From positions 32,001 through 96,000 of IMG/VR virus record IMGVR_UViG_3300047157_000105: a DNA stretch of 64,000 nt. One strand, given 5' to 3'. The stretch comes from a virus. Positions 38,787-48,803 of the stretch are shown in pieces. How positions within the stretch are numbered: position 1 is the stretch's first letter; each line of letters starts with the position of its first letter. Both the position numbers and the translations under genes were made by a program. The notes below the pieces were generated by a model. It was not told the origin of the DNA, did not search any database, and worked only from the letters and a program-made list of their open reading frames with translations.

Positions 38787-40147
38787 TGCAGATCGAAACA
38801 TTAATCTTACGCAACTTAATGCTTAATGAGGATTATACCAGAACGGTTATTCCTCATTTAAAAACTATATACTTTGAAGATCCATATAGATCGGTATTTA
38901 ACGAGATTGTTGGATTTGTCAATAAGTTTAATAAGCTACCAAGTTCTGATGCACTCAGTATAGAACTAAGGAATAATCCTAAGATCACATCAGATTCTCT
39001 TGCACTTATACCTGAATTGAGTAAACAAGAAACAGAACAAACTCAGGAATGGTTAATCGAAAAGACAGAGAAGTGGTGTCAAGACCGAGCAATCTATTTA
39101 GCAATCATGGATTCAATTAATATTATTGAAGGTAAGCATGATACATTAGATAAGAATGCATTGCCATCTGTATTGAGTGAAGCATTAGGTGTTAACTTTG
39201 ATATGAGGGTTGGTCACGATTATGTTGATGACTCTGATGGACGTTTTGATTTCTATCACAGGCAAGAAGAACACCTACCATTTGACTTAGAAAAGTTTAA
39301 CACAATCACCAAAGGTGGTCTCGTCAAGAAATCTCTTAATGTTGCTTTGGCTGGTACAGGTGTAGGTAAGTCTTTATTTATGTGTCATGTTGCCGCTGGT
39401 GCTTTAACACAGATGAAAAATGTGTTATATATAACTATGGAAATGGCAGAAGAAAGAATAGCTGAACGTATTGATGCTAACCTTATGAATGTGCCTATTG
39501 ACCAGTTAGAGAATCTAAGTAAGGATATGTTTGATAAGAAGATGCATAAGCTTACTGACAAAGGTGTTGGTAAACTTATTGTAAAAGAATATCCTACAGG
39601 AGCTGCAAGTTCTATACACTTTAGAGCATTGCTAAAAGAATTACAGATCAAACGTGACTTCACTCCTGATCTTATTTGTATAGACTATCTAAATATATGT
39701 GCCTCATCAAGAATGAAATCTATGGGTGGTGCAATCAATTCATATATTATGGTGAAAGCAATTGCAGAAGAATTGCGTGGTTTGGCAGTAGAGTATAACT
39801 TACCTATTGTCACGGCCACACAAACAACTCGTTCAGGTTTTGCATCATCTGATGTAGGACTAGAAGATACAAGTGAATCATTTGGTTTACCGGCTACGGC
39901 AGATCTTATGTTTGCACTTATATCTACTGAAGAACTTGAAGCTATGAATCAAATCATGGTAAAACAATTAAAGAATAGGTATAATGATCCTACAGGTGGA
40001 AACAAGAAGTTTGTACTTGGTATTGACAGGGCTAAGATGAGACTGTATGATGTAGAGGATACGGCCCAAACTCTAAATGTAAGAGATGAGCCAGTTAAAG
40101 TTGCACCTAGATATGACACAATAGGGGAGGGATTTACAATTGAGTAG
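38786..40147 (+). CDS. gp41: replicative DNA helicase
   Basis: AGTGVGKS, IDYLNI, SESFGLPATAD, QLKNRY. Confidence 0.97.
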   Translation: MQIETLILRNLMLNEDYTRTVIPHLKTIYFEDPYRSVFNEIVGFVNKFNKLPSSDALSIELRNNPKITSDSLALIPELSKQETEQTQEWLIEKTEKWCQDRAIYLAIMDSINIIEGKHDTLDKNALPSVLSEALGVNFDMRVGHDYVDDSDGRFDFYHRQEEHLPFDLEKFNTITKGGLVKKSLNVALAGTGVGKSLFMCHVAAGALTQMKNVLYITMEMAEERIAERIDANLMNVPIDQLENLSKDMFDKKMHKLTDKGVGKLIVKEYPTGAASSIHFRALLKELQIKRDFTPDLICIDYLNICASSRMKSMGGAINSYIMVKAIAEELRGLAVEYNLPIVTATQTTRSGFASSDVGLEDTSESFGLPATADLMFALISTEELEAMNQIMVKQLKNRYNDPTGGNKKFVLGIDRAKMRLYDVEDTAQTLNVRDEPVKVAPRYDTIGEGFTIE

Positions 40148-40601
40148 ATTACACGGTAAGGCATGGGGTGATAGATATATCCATTTAGCAAAAGAAATAT
40201 CTACATGGTCGAAGGACCCAAGCACACAAGTTGGTGCTGTAGTGATTGGACAAAATGGTGAAGTATTATCACAAGGATATAATGGTTTCCCAAGAAGTAT
40301 TAAAGATACACCTCAACGATTAAAAGATCGTGAAAAAAAGTACAATTTAGTTGTACATGCAGAGATGAATGCTATATATAATGCTAGTTTAAATGGTGTT
40401 TCTTTAAAAGGATCAACATTATACGTTTATGGTTTGCCTATTTGTAATGAATGTGCTAAAGGTGTTATTCAAGTTGGTATAGACAGAGTTATTGCAACTC
40501 GTCCAGCTGATTACAATAAAGAATGGGACGAATCAATAAAAGATGCCAAAGCTTTATTTAAAGAAGCTGAGGTTGAATATAAAATAGAAGTGGAGAAATA
40601 A
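40140..40601 (+). CDS. cd: dCMP deaminase
   Basis: SKDPSTQVGA, GYNG, HAEMNA, PICNEC. Confidence 0.93.
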   Translation: MSRLHGKAWGDRYIHLAKEISTWSKDPSTQVGAVVIGQNGEVLSQGYNGFPRSIKDTPQRLKDREKKYNLVVHAEMNAIYNASLNGVSLKGSTLYVYGLPICNECAKGVIQVGIDRVIATRPADYNKEWDESIKDAKALFKEAEVEYKIEVEK

Positions 40602-40733
40602 ATGGGAAAATCAATAATACCTACTGCCAAGAAACGGGTAAAAGGTCAACCAAGGTTTGTCAAGGATATGAGTCATAGTACTTATACAAAGAAAAGACAT
40701 CCTAATTCAAAGAGGGTAAAACAAAATGCTTAA
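40602..40733 (+). CDS. small very basic protein, 43 aa (not in ORF track)
   Basis: MGKSIIPTAKKRVKGQPRF…KKRHPNSKRVKQNA; SD GGAG. Confidence 0.5.
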   Translation: MGKSIIPTAKKRVKGQPRFVKDMSHSTYTKKRHPNSKRVKQNA

Positions 40734-41046
40734 AGCTTTATTTAATCAAGGCTATTCGAAAAAGTTCATGGATCGAATAGAATTTAGAAGAAAAGAATAC
40801 TATGAGAAACGTAGGATTCAAACAATCCGTGAAAATGCTATGAAGATGGCACACAATTGGCAACATGAGTATCCTACTGGTACACCATTAGAATATATTC
40901 GTGATGACATTATTGAATGTTGGGAAAGGAATTCAAAGGTTGGTATCTATAAAAACTTAGAAAATAAACAAAACATACCAACACCAAATGTTGTAGATCC
41001 ATTAGATACTATCCCATATAAAATTGAAGGAAAACATGAAAAATAG
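40726..41046 (+). CDS. hypothetical protein
   Basis: Coupled ORF. Confidence 0.6.
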   Translation: MLKALFNQGYSKKFMDRIEFRRKEYYEKRRIQTIRENAMKMAHNWQHEYPTGTPLEYIRDDIIECWERNSKVGIYKNLENKQNIPTPNVVDPLDTIPYKIEGKHEK

Positions 41047-41048
41047 TA

Positions 41049-41077
41049 TGTACAAACCGCTAAAAACATGTTATAAT
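41049..41077 (+). promoter_or_regulatory. early/middle promoter
   Basis: TGTACA-N17-TATAAT. Confidence 0.8.
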
Positions 41078-41102
41078 AGTACTTTAAATGAAGGAGTAAT
41101 AT

Positions 41103-41549
41103 ATGTGGAAATATAAAGTAAAAGGTTTTGTTATTGGTGTTTTAGTAGTTGCTTCTATGCAAGTATTAGCTGCACAGAATATCAGATCAGGTGTAGTCAA
41201 AGATCATTATCATGATGTTGTAGTTATTGAACCGTACTACGTTGAAGTATGTGGTGAACAAACATCTATGGCTGGTGATGTGGCTGTAGGCGCTCTTTGG
41301 GGTGCAATACTTGGTGCAGTTGCAGGAGATGCAATAGATGACAATGGTGGTAGAATACCAGGAGCTGTGATTGGTGGCATGATTGGTGCTAAACATGAAG
41401 AGAATAAAGGTGATGGTACAACAAAAATTGTATGTCAAACTGAACAGCGTAAGACTAAAACTGCTAAAAGAGAGTATTCACACTCAACAATTTATTTTAC
41501 AGTACAAGGTCAGCCATACGAACTAGACTTTATCCGCAACGATCGTTAA
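41103..41549 (+). CDS. glycine-zipper envelope protein
   Basis: Signal peptide; GALWGAILGAVAG…GAVIGGMIG. Confidence 0.8.
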   Translation: MWKYKVKGFVIGVLVVASMQVLAAQNIRSGVVKDHYHDVVVIEPYYVEVCGEQTSMAGDVAVGALWGAILGAVAGDAIDDNGGRIPGAVIGGMIGAKHEENKGDGTTKIVCQTEQRKTKTAKREYSHSTIYFTVQGQPYELDFIRNDR

Positions 41550-41550
41550 T

Positions 41551-41724
41551 ATGTTTAAGACAGGCGATTTAGTAGAAAAAGTAGGTGGTGACTATACATT
41601 TGTAGGTCACGTAGTTGCAGTATTTGAAAAGCTTAGTGGTGCAGTACGATTAGTTGTTGAAGACGATCGTGGTGTACTACATGTCTACAGTGAAAAAATA
41701 TTGAGGCATGTAGATGAAAAATAA
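41551..41724 (+). CDS. DfrB (R67 DHFR)-like SH3-fold protein, 57 aa (not in ORF track)
   Basis: FKTGDLVEKVGGDYTFVGHVV…VVEDDRGVLHVY parallels R67 FGxGDRVRKKSG…GQIVG…VE…GSVQIY. Confidence 0.6.
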   Translation: MFKTGDLVEKVGGDYTFVGHVVAVFEKLSGAVRLVVEDDRGVLHVYSEKILRHVDEK

Positions 41725-42010
41725 AGAAGTACCATTCAAGAAATGGACATTCGTAGATAAAAATGATTTAGATAATGAACATTGGTATATACGATTAGAA
41801 GGTGGAACATTCCATGATGTTATATATCGCTACATGGAAATTAAATTAAATGAGACAACAAAGTCGATAAACTTTGATTATGAAATAGTTGATTACCCAG
41901 GTGATGATCCTCATGGTGAGACAGAGTTTAATGAAGCGGCAGGCGATATTCTCAAAAGTATATTAGATGATGCAATGGCAAAGCAGGACTATGTACTCGG
42001 TAAAAAGTAA
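41714..42010 (+). CDS. hypothetical protein
   Basis: Coupled ORF. Confidence 0.6.
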   Translation: MKNKEVPFKKWTFVDKNDLDNEHWYIRLEGGTFHDVIYRYMEIKLNETTKSINFDYEIVDYPGDDPHGETEFNEAAGDILKSILDDAMAKQDYVLGKK

Positions 42011-42282
42011 TGAATGTAAAAGAAACTCTGACTATATTGTCAGAAGAGTGTGCGGAAGTAATACAAGCTAACTCAAAACTAATTAGATTTGGCCCTTATG
42101 ATGAAGACAATGTGGCTGAATTAGAAAAAGAACTCGGTGATGTAATGGCTATGATATTGATACTTGATTATTATGGTTATGTTTCAACAGAAAATATCAC
42201 AAAGAATGTAGAACCAAAGCTAAAAAAGCTTAAAAAGTACAGCAAAATTAAGAATTTAAATAAGATAATTAAGAATTTATAA
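42010..42282 (+). CDS. MazG-like pyrophosphatase
   Basis: EECAEV…EKELGDV. Confidence 0.75.
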   Translation: MNVKETLTILSEECAEVIQANSKLIRFGPYDEDNVAELEKELGDVMAMILILDYYGYVSTENITKNVEPKLKKLKKYSKIKNLNKIIKNL

Positions 42283-42286
42283 TTAT

Positions 42287-42294
42287 TATAAATA
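42287..42294 (+). promoter_or_regulatory. late promoter of the putative internal-protein operon
   Basis: TATAAATA. Confidence 0.8.
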
Positions 42295-42324
42295 CCTTTA
42301 TATCTATATTTTATAAGGGTTTTA

Positions 42325-43011
42325 ATGCAGTCACTCAAAGGTTATCTATCAGAAGGAAGACACGATCCTTCAATATTCAAAGCGGTTTTTATGGCAGGTG
42401 CTCCAGGCGCAGGTAAATCCTTTGTCGCTGAATCTATGGCACTACCCGCCCAATTAGGATATAAAGAAATTAACTCTGATATAGAGTTTACTCGCTATAT
42501 GAAAGATGCAGGATTAGCTGATGAAAATGGTGCAGTTATCCTTGATCCTAAACAAGAATATGAACGTAACGTAATACGTACTGTAGCAAAGAGACATACT
42601 AAAGCCAAACAAGGTCACGCCATGGTAGGTAGATTAGGTCTACTTATTGATGGTACAGGTGCAAATTCTTCTAAAGTATTAACACAAAAGCAAACACTAG
42701 AAGCGCTTGGTTATGAGACATCTATGATATATGTCAAGCTTGGTTTAGAAGGTTCTATTGAATCTGACAGACAGCGGGGTGAAGCAGGTGGAAGATCTAT
42801 CGGACCAGAACTTGTAACCGCCAAATACAATGAATTAGAGAAGAGTTTAAAACCATTGAAGAGATCATTTGGTAAAATGTTTTTCGAGATAGATAATTCA
42901 GTGAGGGAAAAAACACCAGCCCTAATTCGTAAAGTAGAGAATCAAATTAAAAAATGGTCTAAACAATTGCCTAAAAATAAAGCTGCGAAAACATGGATGA
43001 AAAATAACTGA
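42325..43011 (+). CDS. P-loop kinase (AAA_33/zeta-toxin/PNK-like)
   Basis: MAGAPGAGKS, INSD, LLIDGTG. Confidence 0.8.
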   Translation: MQSLKGYLSEGRHDPSIFKAVFMAGAPGAGKSFVAESMALPAQLGYKEINSDIEFTRYMKDAGLADENGAVILDPKQEYERNVIRTVAKRHTKAKQGHAMVGRLGLLIDGTGANSSKVLTQKQTLEALGYETSMIYVKLGLEGSIESDRQRGEAGGRSIGPELVTAKYNELEKSLKPLKRSFGKMFFEIDNSVREKTPALIRKVENQIKKWSKQLPKNKAAKTWMKNN

Positions 43012-43250
43012 TGAAGACGTTAAAACAAATTAAAGAAGGACCAGGCAGTAAGAGTGAACCATGGGAAAAAGGTTATAAAAGAAGAGTTGTAAAGACCACA
43101 AAGCCTGAGCATACGGAGATGGGGTATAAGTGGAGAATTAAAGGTAAAGATCGTGATGAGATCTCTATTAAACTATATAAGTCTAAACCAGATTTTGCTG
43201 AGTTTAAAAAGCAAATGAGAAGAGTAGCAGGACACGAATTCGGCGGATAA
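43011..43250 (+). CDS. basic hypothetical protein
   Basis: MKTLKQIKE N-terminus. Confidence 0.6.
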   Translation: MKTLKQIKEGPGSKSEPWEKGYKRRVVKTTKPEHTEMGYKWRIKGKDRDEISIKLYKSKPDFAEFKKQMRRVAGHEFGG

Positions 43251-43251
43251 T

Positions 43252-43584
43252 ATGAAAACATTAAAACAAATAGAAGCAATCGATTGTACATGCGAAGAGA
43301 TGTACAAAGAATTAGTAGTTGAAAAGTATGAAGGCAAAACACTAAATGAGCCTATACGTTCACCACAAGGAAGTAAACACAAGTTCCATGTATATGTAAA
43401 GAATGATAAAGGTAATGTTGTAAAGGTTACATTCGGTGATCCTAATTCAGAAATTAAAAGAGATGATCCTGCAAGACGTAAAGCATTTCGTGCACGTCAT
43501 AATTGTGATCAGAAAAAAGATAAAACTAAAGCAGGATATTGGTCATGTTACCAATGGAGAGCTGGTGCAAAGGTAGATAGTTAA
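43252..43584 (+). CDS. conserved phage protein (DUF6321-like)
   Basis: VKVTFGDP…RRKAFRARHNC…YWSC. Confidence 0.7.
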   Translation: MKTLKQIEAIDCTCEEMYKELVVEKYEGKTLNEPIRSPQGSKHKFHVYVKNDKGNVVKVTFGDPNSEIKRDDPARRKAFRARHNCDQKKDKTKAGYWSCYQWRAGAKVDS

Positions 43585-44969
43585 TGCTTTCATTTAAAAC
43601 AAAACAACTAGAAGAAAAAGCTCCTCCCGGTATGAAAGCCCTAGTAAAGGGATTTAAAGCCGATGGTATGGATGACGACAAAGCTTTTGCTATTGCTTGG
43701 TCTATATACAATAAGAAGAAAACTGAAGAGAAAACTCCGGCAAAACCACAAGATGATGATTCAGGTTGGGTAGAAGAGTATATTACAGAAGGTACAACAA
43801 CTGCATCTACTTTATTTGAACTTGTTATTATTGCCTGTATCAATGCTCCAACAAACCGTAAACGCTTTGATGCTTATATGGCGCGTGATAGAGGATATCA
43901 AGGGTGGTTGGCTGCAGCGAATAAAGATAAAAAATGGAATACTGACCCTGACCAATTATTTAAATTTGCTACATTATTAAAAAGATCTACGCGAGGTAAA
44001 TCAGCAACTTCTGCTGGTCAAACTTCTCCAGCAACTTCAACAATGTGGAAAGAAGTTACTGGTAAAGGTTCGGATACTTCTAAAGCTGATGTTAACATTG
44101 ATAAGCATCGAGTATCGGTTAAAGGTCCCGCAGCAAGATTAATGTCTGGTGTAAAAGAAGAAAGCTTAGCCACATTATATGCAGCATTTGATACTTTAGG
44201 TGTAGATGATCTCGGATTAGAATTAGAAAAAATAGTAAATAATTTTGTATCACAGGTAAAAACAGTGGGCGCAGATATGAATACGAAGACTATTAAAGAG
44301 CAAGATCCTAAAACGCTATCGGCTGAAAATAGAAAAGCATTTAAGGATTTAGAAAAACAAGTACAAGTTAAAGTACAAGCTGAAACAGCATTTAAAAAAG
44401 CATTTAACAATAAACAATTTGCTGATGCATTTGCTTGGGAAGCTATGAGCGGCGAAAAGAAATTTGATCGTAAAGAAGGATTTTCTGATGCAATGTTAGT
44501 GTGGAATTATGATTTAAGCGGAGTTGTATGGCATCCTAATTTAAGTTTAAATAATAAGTATACTAAAAAAGTTTCAGGTCAAATGAAGTTTTCTGCTAAT
44601 GTTAAATCAGGTTCATATAAAAAAGCCGGTACTAAGTATGGATATTCCATATCACAAACTGTTGGATTAGCTATGAAAACAGCCGAAGACGAATTTGAAG
44701 TAGCTAAGAATGAAAGTATAGAACAAAGAATGAATTTAGAAAATATGTTAACAGAAGGTAGAATAAATGAAGCAAAATTATTAGATATGCTTAAAGGTGT
44801 TTGGGAAAGATTAAAAAATGCTATAAGAACTGCTTGGACAAAATTACTTAATGTTATTTCTAACTTAGTACAACAAATAAAAGATGCTGTTGATGGCGGT
44901 ATAGATAAAATGTTAAACGCATTTGAATTAGAACCAATAATTAGATTTAACGATAATATAAAACTATGA
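43584..44969 (+). CDS. hypothetical protein with PD-(D/E)xK-like nuclease motif
   Basis: TSKAD…VSVK motif; several L/I-x-E sites. Confidence 0.55.
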   Translation: MLSFKTKQLEEKAPPGMKALVKGFKADGMDDDKAFAIAWSIYNKKKTEEKTPAKPQDDDSGWVEEYITEGTTTASTLFELVIIACINAPTNRKRFDAYMARDRGYQGWLAAANKDKKWNTDPDQLFKFATLLKRSTRGKSATSAGQTSPATSTMWKEVTGKGSDTSKADVNIDKHRVSVKGPAARLMSGVKEESLATLYAAFDTLGVDDLGLELEKIVNNFVSQVKTVGADMNTKTIKEQDPKTLSAENRKAFKDLEKQVQVKVQAETAFKKAFNNKQFADAFAWEAMSGEKKFDRKEGFSDAMLVWNYDLSGVVWHPNLSLNNKYTKKVSGQMKFSANVKSGSYKKAGTKYGYSISQTVGLAMKTAEDEFEVAKNESIEQRMNLENMLTEGRINEAKLLDMLKGVWERLKNAIRTAWTKLLNVISNLVQQIKDAVDGGIDKMLNAFELEPIIRFNDNIKL

Positions 44970-46195
44970 ATTTAAAGACACACATAGCAGAAGCAAAGAA
45001 TACTCACATGACCCATATCGAGGATATGGTAATTGATGGTGGAGTAGACGGAGCAAGATCAGCTATCTTTGCATTAAGAGATTTAAGAGATATGTTGGCT
45101 GGTCATTCGAATGATACCAAAGCAGTTACAGTCAAATGGGATGGAGCTCCTGCAGTATTTGCTGGTATCGATCCATCTGATGGTAAGTTTTTTGTTGCAA
45201 AGAAAGGAATATTCAATAAGAATCCTAAGGTGTATAAATCAGTAAAGGATGTGAAAGCTGATACCTCTGGTGATCTAGCAAAGAAACTAACAGTAGCATT
45301 TCAAGAATTAAGTAAACTTGGTATAAAGAAAGGAGTCTACCAAGGTGACATTATGTTCACAAAACCAGACTTAAAGAAAACAACAATTGATGGGAAGAAG
45401 TATGTAACCTTCCACCCAAATACTATAGTATATGCAGTACCCGTTGAAGCAGCGCAAGAGATTATGAGAGCAAAGATTGGTGTAGTGTGGCATACTTATT
45501 ACTCAGGCTCAACCTTTGAAACGATGAATGCAAGCTTTGGTGTGACCACTGCAGCGTTTAAAAATGTCCGAACGGTATGGCAGAAGTCCGCCAACCTACC
45601 AGATGTTTCTGGTTTAGCCACATTAACCAAAAAGGATACTGATGAAATTACGAAACACATCTCGAATGCAGGAAAGCTCTTTCAAAAAATCGCTGCCACG
45701 ACGCTTAATGACGTGGCTACAAATAAAGATATTAACCTCTTTATTAATACCTTTCGAAATACGAAGGTTAGATCGCAAGATGAAGTCACGGACTCCGCGG
45801 CCTATGTTGAAGAGCTTATCGCATGGATATCAAATCGTTACGACACCGAAAAAGAAAGGCTTAAAAGCGATGCTGGGAAGGATAGGAAGGAAGAAGCGAA
45901 GCTGGCAGCCTTAGAATTCTTCTCAGATGATAACAGAGATAGCCTTATAAGTATGCTTGATATGCAAAATGAACTAGTAAACGCTAAGATTAAGCTATTA
46001 AAACATCTGGACAGTATGGATAGTATAAATACATTTGTAAAGACTAAAGACGGATTTAGAGTAACAGGCGCCGAAGGATATGTTGCTATAGATCATTTAA
46101 CAAACGGTGCAGTTAAAATTGTAGATAGGATGGAATTTTCCTATAATAACTTTAGCAAAGACATAATCAAGGGATGGGAGTCCGAATCACGATGA
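44966..46195 (+). CDS. DUF6267-like ligase-fold nucleotidyltransferase
   Basis: KNTHMTHIED; motif I KWDG, III QGDIMF, IV EGYV, V VKIV. Confidence 0.75.
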   Translation: MNLKTHIAEAKNTHMTHIEDMVIDGGVDGARSAIFALRDLRDMLAGHSNDTKAVTVKWDGAPAVFAGIDPSDGKFFVAKKGIFNKNPKVYKSVKDVKADTSGDLAKKLTVAFQELSKLGIKKGVYQGDIMFTKPDLKKTTIDGKKYVTFHPNTIVYAVPVEAAQEIMRAKIGVVWHTYYSGSTFETMNASFGVTTAAFKNVRTVWQKSANLPDVSGLATLTKKDTDEITKHISNAGKLFQKIAATTLNDVATNKDINLFINTFRNTKVRSQDEVTDSAAYVEELIAWISNRYDTEKERLKSDAGKDRKEEAKLAALEFFSDDNRDSLISMLDMQNELVNAKIKLLKHLDSMDSINTFVKTKDGFRVTGAEGYVAIDHLTNGAVKIVDRMEFSYNNFSKDIIKGWESESR

Positions 46196-46737
46196 AATTA
46201 ATAGACAGATTAGTAAAATCATATACACGTATAGATGAAGCAAGAGTAAAAGATAATCATAGGTGGAATGCCAATGATGAATTAGCTACTATGAATTTCA
46301 TTTATAAAGACTTTAAAAAAGAATTAGGTAGAGATCCAGGTAAACCATACATGGATGATGACGCATTAGTAGTAGGCGATGAGACTGTACTTAATGTTAA
46401 CGACAATACATCAGTCGCTGATATGAAAAAAGCGGTACAAAGCTGGGTTGCAAAAAATGCTAAGCCCGCTGCTGATGAAACTAAAATGGGTAAATTCAAT
46501 GTTAAGTTACCTACTGAATTAGCCGGAGTACTTGGTAATAAAGCATCTAAACTTGAAAATCCACGTGCAATTATTAAAACAGATGCTGGCTCTGCTAAAG
46601 AGATCCAATCAGCTGTTAAAGGCAAAGGTGTAAAGTTTCGTATGATGAAACGTAAAGATCATGTTGCTGTATACCTTGACTTTGATGATGGTAAACTAAT
46701 GCAAGATGCATTAAAGAAAGTAGCAAAGATCAAGTAA
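46192..46737 (+). CDS. hypothetical protein (start revised to ATG 46192)
   Basis: ATGA coupling with upstream stop. Confidence 0.6.
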   Translation: MKLIDRLVKSYTRIDEARVKDNHRWNANDELATMNFIYKDFKKELGRDPGKPYMDDDALVVGDETVLNVNDNTSVADMKKAVQSWVAKNAKPAADETKMGKFNVKLPTELAGVLGNKASKLENPRAIIKTDAGSAKEIQSAVKGKGVKFRMMKRKDHVAVYLDFDDGKLMQDALKKVAKIK

Positions 46738-47561
46738 TGTCACTGCATAGCTTTAAAGAACACTATCTTGAGGAGGCTGCAGCCGAAACTGTAACCTTAA
46801 ATTGGGGACGATTTAATCCTCCAACTATTGGTCATGAAAAACTTTTAGATATATCTATGTCTAAAGGATCTGGTGTACACAGAGTATATGCAACCCAATC
46901 ACAAGATAACAAAAAGAATCCTCTTGAATGGAAAACTAAAATTAAGTATATGCGTAAGGTATTTCCTAAGCATGCAAGACATATACTTATGGATAAGAGA
47001 GCAAAAACAATATTCGATGTTCTGACTATAGCACATGATGACGGCTTTAAGAATGTAGAGTTGTTTGTTGGTCAAGATCGATTAACAGAATTCGAAACAT
47101 TAGTTAACAAATATAATGGTGTAAAGGGTAGGCATGGTTTCTATGACTTTGCATCCATTAAAATACTTAGTGCTGGTGATCGTGATCCAGATGCAGAAGG
47201 CGCAGAAGGTATGTCAGCCTCAAAAATGAGAGCTGCAGCTGCTGAAAATGATCTTATATCATTTACTAAAGGTCTACCACCAAGGTATAGAGATGCCGAA
47301 GCACTTATGACTGATGTGCGTAAAGGCATGGGTTTAAAAGAAGAGAAATCTTTTAGACAAGATGTAAAATTAAAGAAGGCTTCAAATCTTCGTGAGAAGT
47401 TTGTGGCTGGTAAATTATTTAACGTGAAAGATCCTGTGAAAACAAATGATGGCCAAGAAGGTATTATAGATACACTAGGAGCTAATCATGTTAAAGTAAA
47501 GTTGAAAGGAGACGGAAACTTTAAAACTTTCTGGCTTCAAGATATATGTTTAAATAATTAG
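46737..47561 (+). CDS. HIGH-family nucleotidyltransferase (phage cytidyltransferase-like)
   Basis: GRFNPPTIGH, VGQDR, MSASKMR. Confidence 0.88.
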   Translation: MSLHSFKEHYLEEAAAETVTLNWGRFNPPTIGHEKLLDISMSKGSGVHRVYATQSQDNKKNPLEWKTKIKYMRKVFPKHARHILMDKRAKTIFDVLTIAHDDGFKNVELFVGQDRLTEFETLVNKYNGVKGRHGFYDFASIKILSAGDRDPDAEGAEGMSASKMRAAAAENDLISFTKGLPPRYRDAEALMTDVRKGMGLKEEKSFRQDVKLKKASNLREKFVAGKLFNVKDPVKTNDGQEGIIDTLGANHVKVKLKGDGNFKTFWLQDICLNN

Positions 47562-47572
47562 GAGAATATATT

Positions 47573-47896
47573 ATGTCAAATATGGCAGGTGTAACAAAAG
47601 ATATGTACCCCGAAGGAACTGTAGCAGACTTAGACGGTTTCAAAGGACCACATGGTGAAGTATTACTAGGTGTTGAATTTACTCAAGAAGAAGTAGATTC
47701 ATGGAATGGTACAAGCTCGGACTTACCAGCGACTGGCGCTTCGGCTACCAGTAGCGCTAGTCCAGAAGTATCTAAGGTAACAGCAAAATCCACAAAAGAA
47801 GAGATGGAGATAGCGGGCCGTGAAATAGGTATTGAGCTAGATAGACGTAAGTCTAAAAAGACTCTATGGAGTCAATTAAAGAAGGCAATGAAGTAA
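47573..47896 (+). CDS. hypothetical protein with C-terminal HEH/Rho-N-like helical motif
   Basis: TKEEMEIAGREIGIELDRRKSKKTL; SD AGGAG. Confidence 0.6.
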   Translation: MSNMAGVTKDMYPEGTVADLDGFKGPHGEVLLGVEFTQEEVDSWNGTSSDLPATGASATSSASPEVSKVTAKSTKEEMEIAGREIGIELDRRKSKKTLWSQLKKAMK

Positions 47897-47916
47897 AACC
47901 CTAATAAATATATATT

Positions 47917-48273
47917 ATGGAATTGACTAAGAATAACTTCGAGTTATATGCTGCGAAGCATTATCAAAAAGATAAGTGGTCCACCGACGATGATTTTAAA
48001 GAAGATATCTCTCGGTTTAAGTATATTAACAGATTAGTCAATAGGTATTATCGTGATGATGAATTAAAAGAACGATTAATACTAAACCATATTATTGTTT
48101 TAGGTAATGTGTTAGGACCATCAATCTGTGCAGAGATACTAATGCACAAAACTCATCCGGTCTTACAAAGTATTATTAAAACCTTCTTGGTATATTTAAA
48201 CTATTTGCCAGAAGAAGAGTATGTTGAGATTCCATTAGACTCAACTGTTATAGACGTATTAAGGAAGTTATGA
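47917..48273 (+). CDS. conserved T4-like hypothetical protein
   Basis: NFELYAAKHY…ERLILNHIIVLGNV. Confidence 0.75.
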   Translation: MELTKNNFELYAAKHYQKDKWSTDDDFKEDISRFKYINRLVNRYYRDDELKERLILNHIIVLGNVLGPSICAEILMHKTHPVLQSIIKTFLVYLNYLPEEEYVEIPLDSTVIDVLRKL

Positions 48274-48800
48274 GTAGATATTTAAAAGAAGGTGCAGTAG
48301 ACTTATTCATGACGTATAAGTTTATTCGCTTGCTTACAACTAAGTGGAATAAAACTGAAGCATTTAAAACTGGTGTCATTGACGACAAGGGTAAGCTATT
48401 AGTTAAAGGTAAAGATCAGACAGAGAAACAAAAGAAATCTTATCAGTTATTCGACAAATTAGTTTTTAATTTAAAAAGAATCTTAGAGAAAGTACCGTTC
48501 GGAAAATCTCAGATTGCTTCTTATGCTGCAGCATTATTTCTACTTAAAGAAAATACTGATATGGCAGAAGAAGATATCCTCAAGGTGCTTGAGGATTTAG
48601 GTCACGATACTTCAATTGATTTAAACGAAGAGTTTAAAGAACTTCATGAGGGCCAATACATACTAAATCATGATCTGCAAGAAAGCAGTAAAGGGACAAT
48701 TGTGAATTTAGATAATATAGAACCAGTTGGGCAATTCGCTGGTGTTCCTATATATAAAACACAAGAAAAAATTTTTATATCTGTAAACAATATATTATAA
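48270..48800 (+). CDS. conserved T4-like hypothetical protein
   Basis: YKFIRLL…GVIDDKG…FDKLVFNLKR…YAAALFLLKE. Confidence 0.7.
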   Translation: MSRYLKEGAVDLFMTYKFIRLLTTKWNKTEAFKTGVIDDKGKLLVKGKDQTEKQKKSYQLFDKLVFNLKRILEKVPFGKSQIASYAAALFLLKENTDMAEEDILKVLEDLGHDTSIDLNEEFKELHEGQYILNHDLQESSKGTIVNLDNIEPVGQFAGVPIYKTQEKIFISVNNIL

Positions 48801-48803
48801 GTA

